From: Glaciecola sp. UBA2563
GTDB taxonomy: Bacteria; Pseudomonadota; Gammaproteobacteria; Enterobacterales; Alteromonadaceae
Assembly: GCA_002340325.1 (NCBI GenBank)
Contig: DDLV01000108.1
Span: 19,281 to 83,280 of the forward strand
Direction of reading: 5' to 3'
DNA: 64,000 bases
Part shown: in pieces, positions 9,776 to 20,149 of the stretch
Position numbering within the stretch: the stretch's first letter is position 1
Layout of the letters: each line of letters starts with the position of its first letter
The notes under the pieces: model-generated
Seen by the model: only the letters and a program-made list of their open reading frames with translations
The model's database searches: none
What the model was told of the DNA's origin: nothing
Program-made: the position numbers and the translations under genes

Positions 9776-11621
9776 ACTTAATTCGAGTTGCCGAAATATA
9801 CGTCAGCTCCCAACGCAACTTGCTAACCAGATTGCTGCTGGAGAGGTCGTTGAACGTCCTGCTTCTGTTGTCAAAGAGCTGATCGAAAACTGCATAGACG
9901 CAAATGCTTCCAAAATAGTTATTGAGATTGAAGCAGGCGGCCATAAAAAGATTTGCATCAGAGACAACGGTGACGGTATCGCAAAAGAAGATATCGGCTT
10001 AGCCCTATCCCAGCATGCGACAAGTAAAGTTTACGATTTAGATGAGCTTGAGAACATCTCAACAATGGGCTTTAGGGGAGAAGCACTTGCCAGTATAGCT
10101 TCTGTAAGCCGACTTACTCTGACCTCAAAACCTGTTCAACAGGATAGCGCGTGGCAGGTTAATACAGAGAGGTATGAAAAGCATTTAGATATTCAACCAG
10201 CTGCACATCCCAATGGAACATCTGTAGAAGTTGTCGATTTATTTTTTAATACTCCGGCAAGGAGACGCTTTTTACGCGCGCCAAAGACTGAATTCCAACA
10301 CATTGAAAAAGTCGTGAAGTGCATTGCATTGGCACATCCTGCAATATCATTTGACTTAATTCACAATGGCAAGACGACTCTTAGGCTATTCAAATCAAGT
10401 ACTTACGAACGTATTCAGAAGGTTTTTAAGCAATCTGTCAATCGAAACTTGTTACCGTTTGATTACGCGAGTCCGAATCTAAAGCTGAATGGATGGATCA
10501 GTGAAGTTGGTTTTGGCGCAGATACCAATGAGAATCAGTTTTTATTTATTAATCATAGAGTAATGAAAGATAAGCTGCTAATCCATGCGATCAGGCAAGC
10601 TTATGAGGGAATGATACCATCCGCAAAATACCCTTGTTTTGCAGTGTTTCTCACCATGGAACCCAGCCAATTCGATGTTAATGTGCATCCGGCCAAACAC
10701 GAGGTGCGGTTTCATGAAGCAAGGAATGTTCATGATGCAGTTTATCGAGCCGTTGATAATACATTATTGAACTCGATAAAAAATGAATCATCTGCAGAAT
10801 TGAATGCAAACCGTGAATCGCTTGAAGTTGCTGAGAGTGCAAAGAATCTGTCAAAAACGCTTGGAAACCATTACGAATCTACTCACAGTTACATTATCAA
10901 ACCAGAAGCAATCACTCGCCCAGCAAAAGTTGACCCGCCTCGAGATGACCTGCACGTATTAAATGCGTCTTCGAATAATGCTGCGGGGATTTCAGTCAAT
11001 CGAGTCCCTCCCTATCAAAATAAGATTCAAAACAACGCTACGACTCAAAATCACGCGAGGTCTCAAAGCGCGAAAAGTATTCATCAAACGCTGTCAAACA
11101 TGCATGAATTATCGAGTTCAACAATAACGGAAATACCCGTAGTTTGTATTGGTAATCATACAATTTTTAAAATCGAAGAAGTTGTCTATAAACAAGCAAA
11201 CGATCAGTTAGCTTATAGTTTTTTATGCGAGAGCAATTCGGACAGTGAGCGTGAATTGATAACGCAACCACTCCTTATGCCGGTGACAGTGAAATCCGAG
11301 AGCATCAACTCTCAATTTACAACAATAATGAATCAAAGTGGTTTTGATGTTCAATACCGCAGTGGAAAGCTTGTACTTTTGCAGGTACCGGCAAATCTAA
11401 AGCACCTGCCTTGGACAGGTATTTTCGCCAAAATTACGCAGCAGAATGGTATTAGCTCGCCAGAAAATGCATATAAGGCAATCGCGGCCGCTTGGTGTGT
11501 CCAGATAACGGTGAGTGAGAATATTGTAAAGTACTGGCTAAGTAGGTTCGATAAAGGCAAATCACACTGGCTTGAAGGTGCTTCGGTCATTACAGAAGAT
11601 TCTCTACAAGGATTATGTTGA
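9768..11621 (+). CDS. mutL: DNA mismatch repair protein MutL
   Basis: IAAGEVVERPASVVKELIEN, HATSK, GFRGEALASI and DVNVHPAKHEVRF. Confidence 0.97.
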   Translation: MPELNSSCRNIRQLPTQLANQIAAGEVVERPASVVKELIENCIDANASKIVIEIEAGGHKKICIRDNGDGIAKEDIGLALSQHATSKVYDLDELENISTMGFRGEALASIASVSRLTLTSKPVQQDSAWQVNTERYEKHLDIQPAAHPNGTSVEVVDLFFNTPARRRFLRAPKTEFQHIEKVVKCIALAHPAISFDLIHNGKTTLRLFKSSTYERIQKVFKQSVNRNLLPFDYASPNLKLNGWISEVGFGADTNENQFLFINHRVMKDKLLIHAIRQAYEGMIPSAKYPCFAVFLTMEPSQFDVNVHPAKHEVRFHEARNVHDAVYRAVDNTLLNSIKNESSAELNANRESLEVAESAKNLSKTLGNHYESTHSYIIKPEAITRPAKVDPPRDDLHVLNASSNNAAGISVNRVPPYQNKIQNNATTQNHARSQSAKSIHQTLSNMHELSSSTITEIPVVCIGNHTIFKIEEVVYKQANDQLAYSFLCESNSDSERELITQPLLMPVTVKSESINSQFTTIMNQSGFDVQYRSGKLVLLQVPANLKHLPWTGIFAKITQQNGISSPENAYKAIAAAWCVQITVSENIVKYWLSRFDKGKSHWLEGASVITEDSLQGLC

Positions 11622-12544
11622 GTAAGCCAATAGTAATTTCGTTAATGGGGCCTACAGCATCTGGTAAGACAGCATTGTCTATAGCATTGGCCAGGGCTAT
11701 TAACGGCGAAATCATTAGTGTTGACTCTGCGTTAGTATATCAAAATATGGATATCGGTACCGCAAAACCAACCACAGAAGAACGTCAAGGCATTCCTCAC
11801 TGGTTAATTGATATAAGAACGCCAGAGCAAAGCTACTCTGTCGCTGACTTCATAGTTGATGCTAATGATAAAGTTCGAGATATTTTGAACCGCGGAAAAG
11901 TTCCCATACTTGTTGGCGGGACCATGCTTTATTTTAATGCGTTAATTAATGGCATTTCAAATATCCCATCAAGTGATGACGCAACAAGATTAATGGTTAG
12001 AAATGAGATATCACAAAATGGTTTGACGACGATTTATGACAAACTATCTTCAATCGATCCATCTATTATTGGCCGAATTCATCAAAACGATAAACAGCGT
12101 TTGACCAGAGCGTATGAGGTCTATCTAGCGACGGGAAAGACCTTGAGTTATTGGCAGTCTCAAAAACGTCCCGGTCTTGCCTATCTTCCAATACAGTTCT
12201 CCTTGCTGCCGCAAAACCGCGATAAATTACATCAAGATATTGCGGCTAGGTTTGATGAAATGCTAGATCAGGGCTTTGTCGAAGAAGTTAAATTTTTGTT
12301 ACATACGTACCGTCTAAATCCAGATCTGTCTTCCATGCGTACTGTAGGATATAGACAAGCGTATGCATATCTAAGGAATGAGGATGATCTCAATAGCATG
12401 CGCGACAAGGCAATTGCGGCTACCAGACAACTTGCAAAGCGGCAATTTACTTGGCTGAGAGGATGGCCAGATGTCAATGAACTTATCGCTGGTGACGAAA
12501 ACAATCTCTGGCGAATCATTGAAAAAAGTGGTGCAACTTGTTAA
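11615..12544 (+). CDS. miaA: tRNA dimethylallyltransferase
   Basis: GPTASGKT, ISVDSALVY, VGGTMLY and TRQLAKRQFTW. Confidence 0.98.
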   Translation: MLSKPIVISLMGPTASGKTALSIALARAINGEIISVDSALVYQNMDIGTAKPTTEERQGIPHWLIDIRTPEQSYSVADFIVDANDKVRDILNRGKVPILVGGTMLYFNALINGISNIPSSDDATRLMVRNEISQNGLTTIYDKLSSIDPSIIGRIHQNDKQRLTRAYEVYLATGKTLSYWQSQKRPGLAYLPIQFSLLPQNRDKLHQDIAARFDEMLDQGFVEEVKFLLHTYRLNPDLSSMRTVGYRQAYAYLRNEDDLNSMRDKAIAATRQLAKRQFTWLRGWPDVNELIAGDENNLWRIIEKSGATC

Positions 12545-12686
12545 AGCTTTGGTGTAAACTCAAATTTTAGTTTAGCGATACCCATTAACGAAACACTAAC
12601 CCTGAACAAAAATCATACAATTACAATTATAAAAAGATTTTAAAATAACAAGACGATAATAATAAGACTATAATTAAGGATGTGTA

Positions 12687-12935
12687 ATGGCAAAAGGTCA
12701 GTCTCTACAAGACCCGTTTTTAAACGCACTCAGGAAAGAGCGCATTCCCGTTTCAATTTACCTCGTCAATGGCATCAAGTTACAAGGGCAAGTGGAATCC
12801 TTTGACCAGTTTGTCGTTCTTCTCAAGAATACTGTTAGCCAAATGGTATATAAGCACGCCATTTCGACTGTTGTGCCATCACGCGCAATAACAATGCCGA
12901 CCAATCATGGTGAAACAGACGGAAATCAAGACTAG
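12687..12935 (+). CDS. hfq: RNA chaperone Hfq
   Basis: [34 protein letters not shown]...[10 protein letters not shown]. Confidence 0.99.
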   Translation: MAKGQSLQDPFLNALRKERIPVSIYLVNGIKLQGQVESFDQFVVLLKNTVSQMVYKHAISTVVPSRAITMPTNHGETDGNQD

Positions 12936-12950
12936 TTTTGGAGTTACTCT

Positions 12951-14237
12951 TTGTTTGAGCGTTATGAAACCGGTGAAAATGCAATACTGGTTCATGTTGA
13001 TTTTTCTGATGAGTTAAACAAAGAAGATATACAGGAATTGCAAATGCTCGTCTCTTCGGCGGGTGTGAATCAATTAACGCTTCTTACTGCTAAGCGCTCT
13101 TCACCTCATGCAAAATTCTTCGTCGGGACGGGTAAAGTCGAAGAAATCTCAGAAGCGGTTAAGGCGCTCTGCGCAGATGTCGTGATTTTTAATCACGCGC
13201 TATCACCTTCTCAAGAGCGTAATATTGAATCGGTTATTCAATGTCGAGTGTTAGACAGAACGTCCTTAATTTTGGATATCTTTGCACAACGGGCTCGAAC
13301 GCATGAAGGTAAACTACAAGTTGAACTTGCTCAGCTCAGGCATTTATCTACCCGCCTGATTCGAGGATGGACGCATCTAGAACGTCAGAAAGGCGGGATT
13401 GGCTTGCGCGGCCCCGGTGAAACTCAGCTCGAGACAGACAGACGGCTACTTCGTGGCAGAATTAAGTCAATTTTGCGCAGGTTAGAGCGTGTTCACAAAC
13501 AGCGAGAGCAAGGTAGAAGGGCGCGTAAAAGAGCCGAAATTCCTTCACTGTCGCTCGTTGGCTATACAAATGCTGGGAAATCGACATTGTTTAACACGAT
13601 GACAAAAGCAGACGTATATGCAGCCGATCAACTGTTTGCAACACTAGATCCAACCCTTCGTAAGATTGAGTTAGACGATGTAGGGCCGGTAATTCTCGCC
13701 GATACTGTTGGGTTCATCAGACACCTTCCGCATGATTTGGTTGCCGCGTTCAAGGCGACTTTGCTTGAAACAAAAGAAGCGGATTTGTTGCTTCATGTCG
13801 TCGATTACTCCGATCAACAATTTGCTAATAATACGGATCAGGTAAACGCTGTGTTAGAAGAAATAGAAGCGTCCGACGTCCCGCAGCTAATAATTTGTAA
13901 TAAAATTGATAGAATGTCGGAGGTCGAGCCTCGTATCGACTATGACCAAGAAAACAAGCCCATCCGTGTTTGGATTTCAGCTCAAAAAGAACAAGGTATT
14001 GAATTACTAAAAAAAGCCCTTACTGAACGATTAAGACAGAGCATGGTCAATTATGATTTGTGTGTTCCTGCTGGCGACGGCAAAGTGCGAGGGCTGTTGT
14101 TTGAGCAAAATTGCATCAAGCGGCAAGCATATAGCGACGAAGGTGAATGGCTTGTTACAGTGACACTTCCTACAACAGATTGGCATAGGTTGGATAAAAA
14201 AGTAGAAAACCGATTAAGCCAATATGTCATTAATTAA
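12951..14237 (+). CDS. hflX: Ribosome-splitting GTPase HflX
   Basis: GPGETQLETDRR, GYTNAGKST, DQLFATLDPT and DTVGFI. Confidence 0.99.
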   Translation: MFERYETGENAILVHVDFSDELNKEDIQELQMLVSSAGVNQLTLLTAKRSSPHAKFFVGTGKVEEISEAVKALCADVVIFNHALSPSQERNIESVIQCRVLDRTSLILDIFAQRARTHEGKLQVELAQLRHLSTRLIRGWTHLERQKGGIGLRGPGETQLETDRRLLRGRIKSILRRLERVHKQREQGRRARKRAEIPSLSLVGYTNAGKSTLFNTMTKADVYAADQLFATLDPTLRKIELDDVGPVILADTVGFIRHLPHDLVAAFKATLLETKEADLLLHVVDYSDQQFANNTDQVNAVLEEIEASDVPQLIICNKIDRMSEVEPRIDYDQENKPIRVWISAQKEQGIELLKKALTERLRQSMVNYDLCVPAGDGKVRGLLFEQNCIKRQAYSDEGEWLVTVTLPTTDWHRLDKKVENRLSQYVIN

Positions 14238-14374
14238 TTTTCTGTTCTATCTTTTACGTAAGCAGCAGATTCTTTTATAACCGAATGTTTACAGTTTTCT
14301 TAAAACGATACAAAACTGATACCAGTTTTGGTGAGTATATAACCTGTTAACGAAATATATTGGAGTGAAGATAT

Positions 14375-15517
14375 ATGGCTTGGAACGAGCCTGGTGGTAG
14401 CAATAATAAAGACCCTTGGAAAAACAGAAGCGGAAATGATCAAGGTCCTCCCGACTTAGATGATGTCTTAAAAAATCTGTTTGGAAAATTCGGTAAAGGC
14501 GGTTCATCTGGTGGCGGCACAAACCTGAGTGGGAAAGGGTTTATGTATATCGCAATTGTGGCGTTTGTTATTTACGCGCTGAGCGGTTTTTACACCATTA
14601 AGGAAGCTGAAAAAGGTGTCCTCCTTAGATTCGGTGAATTTAATGGTTTAGTTGACCCAGGTCTTAACTGGAAACTGACATTTATCGATCAGGTCATGCC
14701 GGTCAACGTGCAAGAAATCAGCTCACTCTCTTCCAGGGGAGCCATGTTAACAGAAGACGAAAACATGGTGAGTGTTGAAATGGAAGTTCAATTCAGAGTC
14801 GTCGATCCCTATCGCTGGGTTTACGCGGTGATAGACCCACGAACCTCGTTAAGCCAAGCCTTCGACAGTGCAATTCGTTACGTTATCGGCCATTCAACCA
14901 TGGATGATATCTTAACGGGCGGTCGTGAAGTGATCAGAGCTCGGGTAGAAGAAGAGTTACAAGCCATCGTTGCACCATACGAAATGGGTGTAGCTGTCGT
15001 TGGTCTTAACTTCTCTAACTCAAGACCTCCAGAGGAAGTGAGAGCTGCGTTTGACGATGCAATTGCTGCGCAAGAGGACCAGGAACGTTTTATTCAAGAA
15101 GCCGAAGCCTATGCTCGTGAGCGAGAGCCCGCAGCGCGCGGTGAAGTTAATCGCATTAACGAAGAAGCCCAAGCGTACAAAGAGCAAATCATCTTGGAAG
15201 CACAGGGTGAGGTTGCTAGATTTGAGGAGTTGTTACCACAATTTGAAGCTGCGCCGGAAGTCACCAGACAGCGGATATATATCGAGACAATGGAGCAGGT
15301 ATTCAATAATACCAGCAAGGTTATGGTAGATACGCAAGGCTCAGGTAACTTAATGTTCTTGCCATTGGATCAAATTATGAGGCAATCAAATACGCAAACT
15401 GACTTGCAGGACATTACTAACAGCCGTCTTCAAGAAATACTTAATGATCGAAACAGCGCAAACACGCGAGACAATAACAATGTTCGCGGCTCATCCGTGC
15501 GCCAAGGGAGGAATTAG
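14375..15517 (+). CDS. hflK: FtsH modulator HflK
   Basis: MAWNEPG...DPW...QGPPDLDD N-terminus, a single TM segment and an SPFH domain. Confidence 0.98.
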   Translation: MAWNEPGGSNNKDPWKNRSGNDQGPPDLDDVLKNLFGKFGKGGSSGGGTNLSGKGFMYIAIVAFVIYALSGFYTIKEAEKGVLLRFGEFNGLVDPGLNWKLTFIDQVMPVNVQEISSLSSRGAMLTEDENMVSVEMEVQFRVVDPYRWVYAVIDPRTSLSQAFDSAIRYVIGHSTMDDILTGGREVIRARVEEELQAIVAPYEMGVAVVGLNFSNSRPPEEVRAAFDDAIAAQEDQERFIQEAEAYAREREPAARGEVNRINEEAQAYKEQIILEAQGEVARFEELLPQFEAAPEVTRQRIYIETMEQVFNNTSKVMVDTQGSGNLMFLPLDQIMRQSNTQTDLQDITNSRLQEILNDRNSANTRDNNNVRGSSVRQGRN

Positions 15518-15520
15518 CAT

Positions 15521-16402
15521 ATGAAAGCTCTAGGCGCTATTGCACTAGCGATATTTATCGTGTTGGGCATAAGTTCTCTTTTTATTGTGTCAGAAGGGAC
15601 CAGATCAATTGTCATTTTATTCGGTAAGGTGAATATGGACTCGGACGGCCAACCTGTTGTCTATGAGCCGGGACTTCACTTGAAGGTGCCGTTGTTCGCA
15701 CGAGTACAAAAGCTCGATGCTCGTATCCAAACCCTTGATGAAAGAGCTGACCGATTTGTAACAAGCGAAAAAGAAGACCTTATCGTCGATTCTTATGTGA
15801 AGTGGAAAATAACGGACTTCGCACGCTACTATCTGTCAACTGGCGGCAATAAGGCGCAGGCAGAAACGTTATTAAAGCAGCGTGTGACCAACGGATTGAG
15901 AGCGGAGTTTGGTACTCGAACTATTAACCAGATTGTATCTGGAGAACGTTCTGAACTCATGGATGATGCGCTGCGTCAAGCGGGCGGAAGTTCAGACCAA
16001 TTGGGCATCGAAATTCTGGATGTTAGAGTTAAACAGATTAACTTACCGACAGAAATCAGTAATAACATCTTTAATCGTATGCGCGCTGAGCGGGACGCGG
16101 CTGCTAGAGAATACCGTTCGAAAGGGCAGGAGCAAGCCGAAATCATTCGTGCAAATATAGATGCAAAAATTACGGTTATGCTTGCAGATGCGCAAAGAAA
16201 CGCGAGGCAACTCAAAGGTGAAGGTGATGCGCTTGCTGCGCAAATCTATGCACAAACCTACAATAAAAACCCTGAATTTTATAGTTTCTTGAGAAGTATG
16301 GATGCATATCGCCAAAGCTTTTCAAACAAATCTGACATTCTTGTGATTGAGCCGAACAGCGATTTCTTCCGCTACATGAAAGAGTCTTCTGGCGCACAAT
16401 AG
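15521..16402 (+). CDS. hflC: FtsH modulator HflC
   Basis: PGLHLKVP, RFVTSEKEDLIVDSYVKWKI, RMRAER and PEFYSFLRS. Confidence 0.98.
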   Translation: MKALGAIALAIFIVLGISSLFIVSEGTRSIVILFGKVNMDSDGQPVVYEPGLHLKVPLFARVQKLDARIQTLDERADRFVTSEKEDLIVDSYVKWKITDFARYYLSTGGNKAQAETLLKQRVTNGLRAEFGTRTINQIVSGERSELMDDALRQAGGSSDQLGIEILDVRVKQINLPTEISNNIFNRMRAERDAAAREYRSKGQEQAEIIRANIDAKITVMLADAQRNARQLKGEGDALAAQIYAQTYNKNPEFYSFLRSMDAYRQSFSNKSDILVIEPNSDFFRYMKESSGAQ

Positions 16403-16416
16403 CTGATTACTTTATT

Positions 16417-16455
16417 AAAAGCGTCATTAGTATTCACATACTGATGACGCTTTTT
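16417..16455 (+). terminator. Intrinsic terminator of the hfl operon
   Basis: AAAAGCGTCATTAG-loop-CTGATGACGCTTTTT hairpin about 15 nt after the hflC stop. Confidence 0.85.
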
Positions 16456-16485
16456 CATTAGGTTTAACCAAAAAGGACCCAAATA

Positions 16486-18093
16486 TTGCCAACCGATGCT
16501 AATTCCAAAACGATGAATAATGGCCAGGAACCTTCATCAAACTCTGGTTGGTTTTCTAGGTTTTTAGCTGCTGTTGAATGGCTTGGCAATTTACTTCCTC
16601 ATCCCATTACGCTTTTTGCAAGCCTTGCCCTTTTTATTGTTGTGCTCAGCGGTATTCTCGGATATTTCGAAGTATCAGTCCTTGACCCAAGACCCGAAGG
16701 CGCGAAAGGTAGAGAGGCTGATGGCATTATTGAAGTAATTTCACTAATGAATGCTGAAGGCCTTCAGCGCATCGTAATGGAATTGGTAACTAACTTTACG
16801 GGATTTGCACCGTTAGGGACGGTACTTGTTGCGCTTCTAGGCGTGTCTGTTGCTGAGCATTCTGGCTTGCTGAGTACGGTTATGCGCGCAATGGTCATGA
16901 ATGCATCCAGAACCGCCGTGACCGTCGTTGTGGTTTTTGCCGGTGTTGTTTCAAACACTGCTTCCGAACTTGGTTACGTCGTGCTGATACCATTGGCAGC
17001 GATGATATTTCATAGTCTAGGCAGGCATCCTCTCGCTGGACTCGCAGCTGCTTTTGCAGGTGTTTCGGCAGGCTACAGCGCCAATTTACTTCTTGGCACT
17101 GTTGACCCGTTGCTTTCAGGGATTACGCAAGACGCTGCTCGTATGATAGATCCTGATTATGTGGTAGGGCCTGAAGTAAATTGGTTCTTTATGATTGGCA
17201 GTACATTTCTAGTTGCGGTCATGGGGGCTATCGTCACTGAGAAAATTGTTGAGCCAAGATTAGGCGTTTACGACCCCTCAGAAGCGTCTATCGATTTAGG
17301 GGCACAGAAAATAGATGCACCTACACCACAAGAAATTAAAGCCATGAAATGGGCTGGCTTTAGCTTTGTTTTTGTTTGTGTGTTATTGGCACTGACAATT
17401 GTTCCTGAAAATGGAATTTTGAGGAATCCAGAAACGGGCGAAGTGGCTGGCAGCCCCTTTTTAAAAGGTATCGTGGCATTTATTTTCGTTACATTCGCCA
17501 TTCCCGGATTTGTCTATGGCCGAGTCGCTGGGACGATGAAAAACGATAAGGACATCATTGACGCCATGGCAAAAAGTATGAGCTCAATGGGCTTATACAT
17601 CACGTTGGTGTTCTTTGCAGCGCAGTTCGTAGCGTTCTTTAAATGGACCAATTTAGGAACAGTGTTGGCGGTTAAAGGTGCGGCATTTTTACAAGCAACA
17701 GGCTTGGATGGGCCTGAGGTTTTTGTTCTATTTATAATGATGTGCGGCGTTGTTAACTTGTCTCTCGGCAGTGCATCGGCGCAATGGGCGGTGACTGCAC
17801 CAATCTTTGTCCCTATGCTAATGCTGATAGGATTTGCGCCTGAAACTATTCAAGCTGCCTATCGTATTGGCGACTCTGTGACCAACGTTATTTCTCCAAT
17901 GATGAGTTACTTTGGGTTGATTCTTGCCATAGCCGCCAGATACAAAAAAGACATTGGAATGGGGACACTGATAGCAACAATGTTGCCTTACACTATGGTA
18001 TTTATTGTGGGTTGGACTATATTCTTTTACGTGTGGGTATTTGTCATCGGAATGCCGGTTGGGCCAGGGGCGGCAACATATTATCAACCATAG
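16486..18093 (+). CDS. AbgT-family transporter
   Basis: VEWLGNLLPHP, NFTGFAPLGTVLV, GVSAGYSAN and AYRIGDSVTNVISP; multi-pass membrane protein; TTG start with AAGGA RBS. Confidence 0.93.
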   Translation: MPTDANSKTMNNGQEPSSNSGWFSRFLAAVEWLGNLLPHPITLFASLALFIVVLSGILGYFEVSVLDPRPEGAKGREADGIIEVISLMNAEGLQRIVMELVTNFTGFAPLGTVLVALLGVSVAEHSGLLSTVMRAMVMNASRTAVTVVVVFAGVVSNTASELGYVVLIPLAAMIFHSLGRHPLAGLAAAFAGVSAGYSANLLLGTVDPLLSGITQDAARMIDPDYVVGPEVNWFFMIGSTFLVAVMGAIVTEKIVEPRLGVYDPSEASIDLGAQKIDAPTPQEIKAMKWAGFSFVFVCVLLALTIVPENGILRNPETGEVAGSPFLKGIVAFIFVTFAIPGFVYGRVAGTMKNDKDIIDAMAKSMSSMGLYITLVFFAAQFVAFFKWTNLGTVLAVKGAAFLQATGLDGPEVFVLFIMMCGVVNLSLGSASAQWAVTAPIFVPMLMLIGFAPETIQAAYRIGDSVTNVISPMMSYFGLILAIAARYKKDIGMGTLIATMLPYTMVFIVGWTIFFYVWVFVIGMPVGPGAATYYQP

Positions 18094-18202
18094 TTATTGA
18101 CGCTCGCAATCCTCTAGTGCGCAGCAAATAATTTAATTTAATCTTAAATGCAATCAACTAGCGTAATTAAGGTACGTATGTCAAAAAACCTCTCAATATT
18201 TC

Positions 18203-19282
18203 ATGAAGTATAAGTCTCAGCTTGAGTTTACCCACAAGCAACCAGATAAGATTGGCGTGCTTATTACAAACTTAGGCACGCCAAAAGCGCCTACTAAACA
18301 GGCGCTTAAGCCCTACCTAAAAGAATTCTTATCTGACCCCAGAGTCGTTGAATTCCCAAGATTTTTATGGTGGTTTATTCTCAACGGCATTATTTTGAAT
18401 ATTCGTCCCAAACGCTCTGCAGCAGCATATCAAACGGTATGGACGGAACAGGGCTCACCGCTTTTACTGCATACCAAAAACCAATGTGAAGGTATAGAAG
18501 CCCGTATAAAGGCTGAATATGGCGATACTGTCATTATTGATTATGCGATGCGATATGGCGAGCCATCTATACATTCAGCAATTGACAATTTGCTGAATAA
18601 AGGTGCTCGAAAGCTCTTTGTTTTGCCGCTTTACCCGCAGTATTGCGCCTCGACGACAGGCTCAACTTTTGATGCACTTGCTTCAGATTTCAAAAAGCGT
18701 AGATGGTTGCCTGAGCTGCGGTTTTTAAATCACTACTGCGATAATGAGGCTTACATTGATTGTTTGGCGACCAAAATAGAGAATCATTGGGAAAAACACG
18801 GAAGGGCAGAGAGGCTGGTACTTTCGTATCACGGGATCCCAAAGCGATATTTGATGAATGGTGACCCTTATCATTGCCAATGCCACAAGACCTCTCGATT
18901 GGTCGCTCGAAAGCTTGGCTTAACTGAGCACGATTATGTAACCACTTTTCAATCGCGGTTCGGCAGAGAGGAATGGCTTAAACCGTACACTGATGAAACA
19001 TTAAAATCACTGCCGAAACAAGGTGTAAGCAGTATCCAAGTGTGCTGTCCTGGTTTTTCGTCTGATTGTTTAGAAACAATAGAAGAAATTGGTGAAGAAA
19101 ATAAAGAGTATTTCTTGGAAAATGGTGGAGAAAGGTTCGAATACATCGAGGCACTTAACAGTGATCCGCAACACTTAGATATGTTGTCAGATTTAGTTAT
19201 CAATAATATTAAAGACTGGAAAATGGATAACGATATCGAGCTTCGAGAAGCATTGGCAAACGTGATGGGCGCAGAGAAGTGA
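18203..19282 (+). CDS. hemH: Ferrochelatase
   Basis: NLGTP, FLSDPRVV, PLYPQY, SYHGIP, FQSRFG.EEWLKPYT and GFSSDCLETIEE. Confidence 0.97.
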   Translation: MKYKSQLEFTHKQPDKIGVLITNLGTPKAPTKQALKPYLKEFLSDPRVVEFPRFLWWFILNGIILNIRPKRSAAAYQTVWTEQGSPLLLHTKNQCEGIEARIKAEYGDTVIIDYAMRYGEPSIHSAIDNLLNKGARKLFVLPLYPQYCASTTGSTFDALASDFKKRRWLPELRFLNHYCDNEAYIDCLATKIENHWEKHGRAERLVLSYHGIPKRYLMNGDPYHCQCHKTSRLVARKLGLTEHDYVTTFQSRFGREEWLKPYTDETLKSLPKQGVSSIQVCCPGFSSDCLETIEEIGEENKEYFLENGGERFEYIEALNSDPQHLDMLSDLVINNIKDWKMDNDIELREALANVMGAEK

Positions 19283-19716
19283 CACATCCAAATGTAGAAA
19301 AAGACGACAGTTTCCAAGCGCCTGAAGAATTATTGCAAGCGCAAGCGTTGGCGAATCTACTTGATTATGCAGTGCGCATCCCTGTTATTGGTATTCGTGT
19401 TGGCCTAGACTCGCTGGTGGGGCTTATCCCAGTCCTAGGGGATGGCATAATGTTTTTTGCATCAATGCGGATCCTTTACTTGGGATACAAAATGAACCTA
19501 CCGAAACCACTGTTAGGCAATATGTTGCGCAACAGCGTTTTTGATATGCTGCTTGGATTCATACCTTTGGTAGGAGATATCTTCGATCTTTTCTTCAAAG
19601 CTAATATCAAAAACGTTCGAATTATGGAGCAATATTGGGTGTCTCAAAACAAGGATATAATTGATGCATATGCTAAGAAAAAATACGACGAGTGGCAGAG
19701 TAGCATCGAGAATTAA
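19279..19716 (+). CDS. DUF4112-family membrane protein
   Basis: LLDYAVRIP..GLDSLVGLIPVLGD...IPLVGDIFDLFFKAN..N; its GTG start overlaps the hemH stop (GTGA). Confidence 0.85.
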   Translation: MTHPNVEKDDSFQAPEELLQAQALANLLDYAVRIPVIGIRVGLDSLVGLIPVLGDGIMFFASMRILYLGYKMNLPKPLLGNMLRNSVFDMLLGFIPLVGDIFDLFFKANIKNVRIMEQYWVSQNKDIIDAYAKKKYDEWQSSIEN

Positions 19717-19727
19717 ACAAGCACTAT

Positions 19728-20111
19728 CTAATCTTTTTTGCTAACACCATCACTATCCACGGCGTATTTTTCTAAATCATCTAAGCTAATCACCTCTAAT
19801 GCTTTAATGTTTGTTGATGACAACACCACCGGTGGCGCAACGCCTGCGTCAAACGCTTGTTTCCATCTACCTGCACAGACGCACCATTTATCTCCATCCT
19901 TCAATCCTGGGAAATCATATTGTGGATTTGGTGTTGATAAATCATTACCCACTGACTTCGAATATTCCAAAAATTCGTCGGTAACAAGTGCGCATACACT
20001 GTGATTACCAAAGTCGCTTATTGGGACATAACAAAACCCTTCTCGTGTGTAGCCCGTATTACCGCAACAGAGACGAAGAGGTTGACCGTAGACGTTTTTT
20101 GCGTTTGCCAT
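19728..20111 (-). CDS. DUF2237-family protein
   Basis: NVYGQPLRLC...TGYTREGFC...GNHSVCA...GNDLSTP...FPGLKDGDKWCVCAGRW. Confidence 0.9.
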   Translation of the reverse strand: MANAKNVYGQPLRLCCGNTGYTREGFCYVPISDFGNHSVCALVTDEFLEYSKSVGNDLSTPNPQYDFPGLKDGDKWCVCAGRWKQAFDAGVAPPVVLSSTNIKALEVISLDDLEKYAVDSDGVSKKD

Positions 20112-20149
20112 ATTTTTACTTAATAAAGTGTTGTTTCAAGGTATATACG

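Noticed and set aside
11100-11621. Divergent MutL C-terminus lacking the DQHA endonuclease motif
   Set aside because: Expected for gammaproteobacteria with MutH-type repair; not novel.
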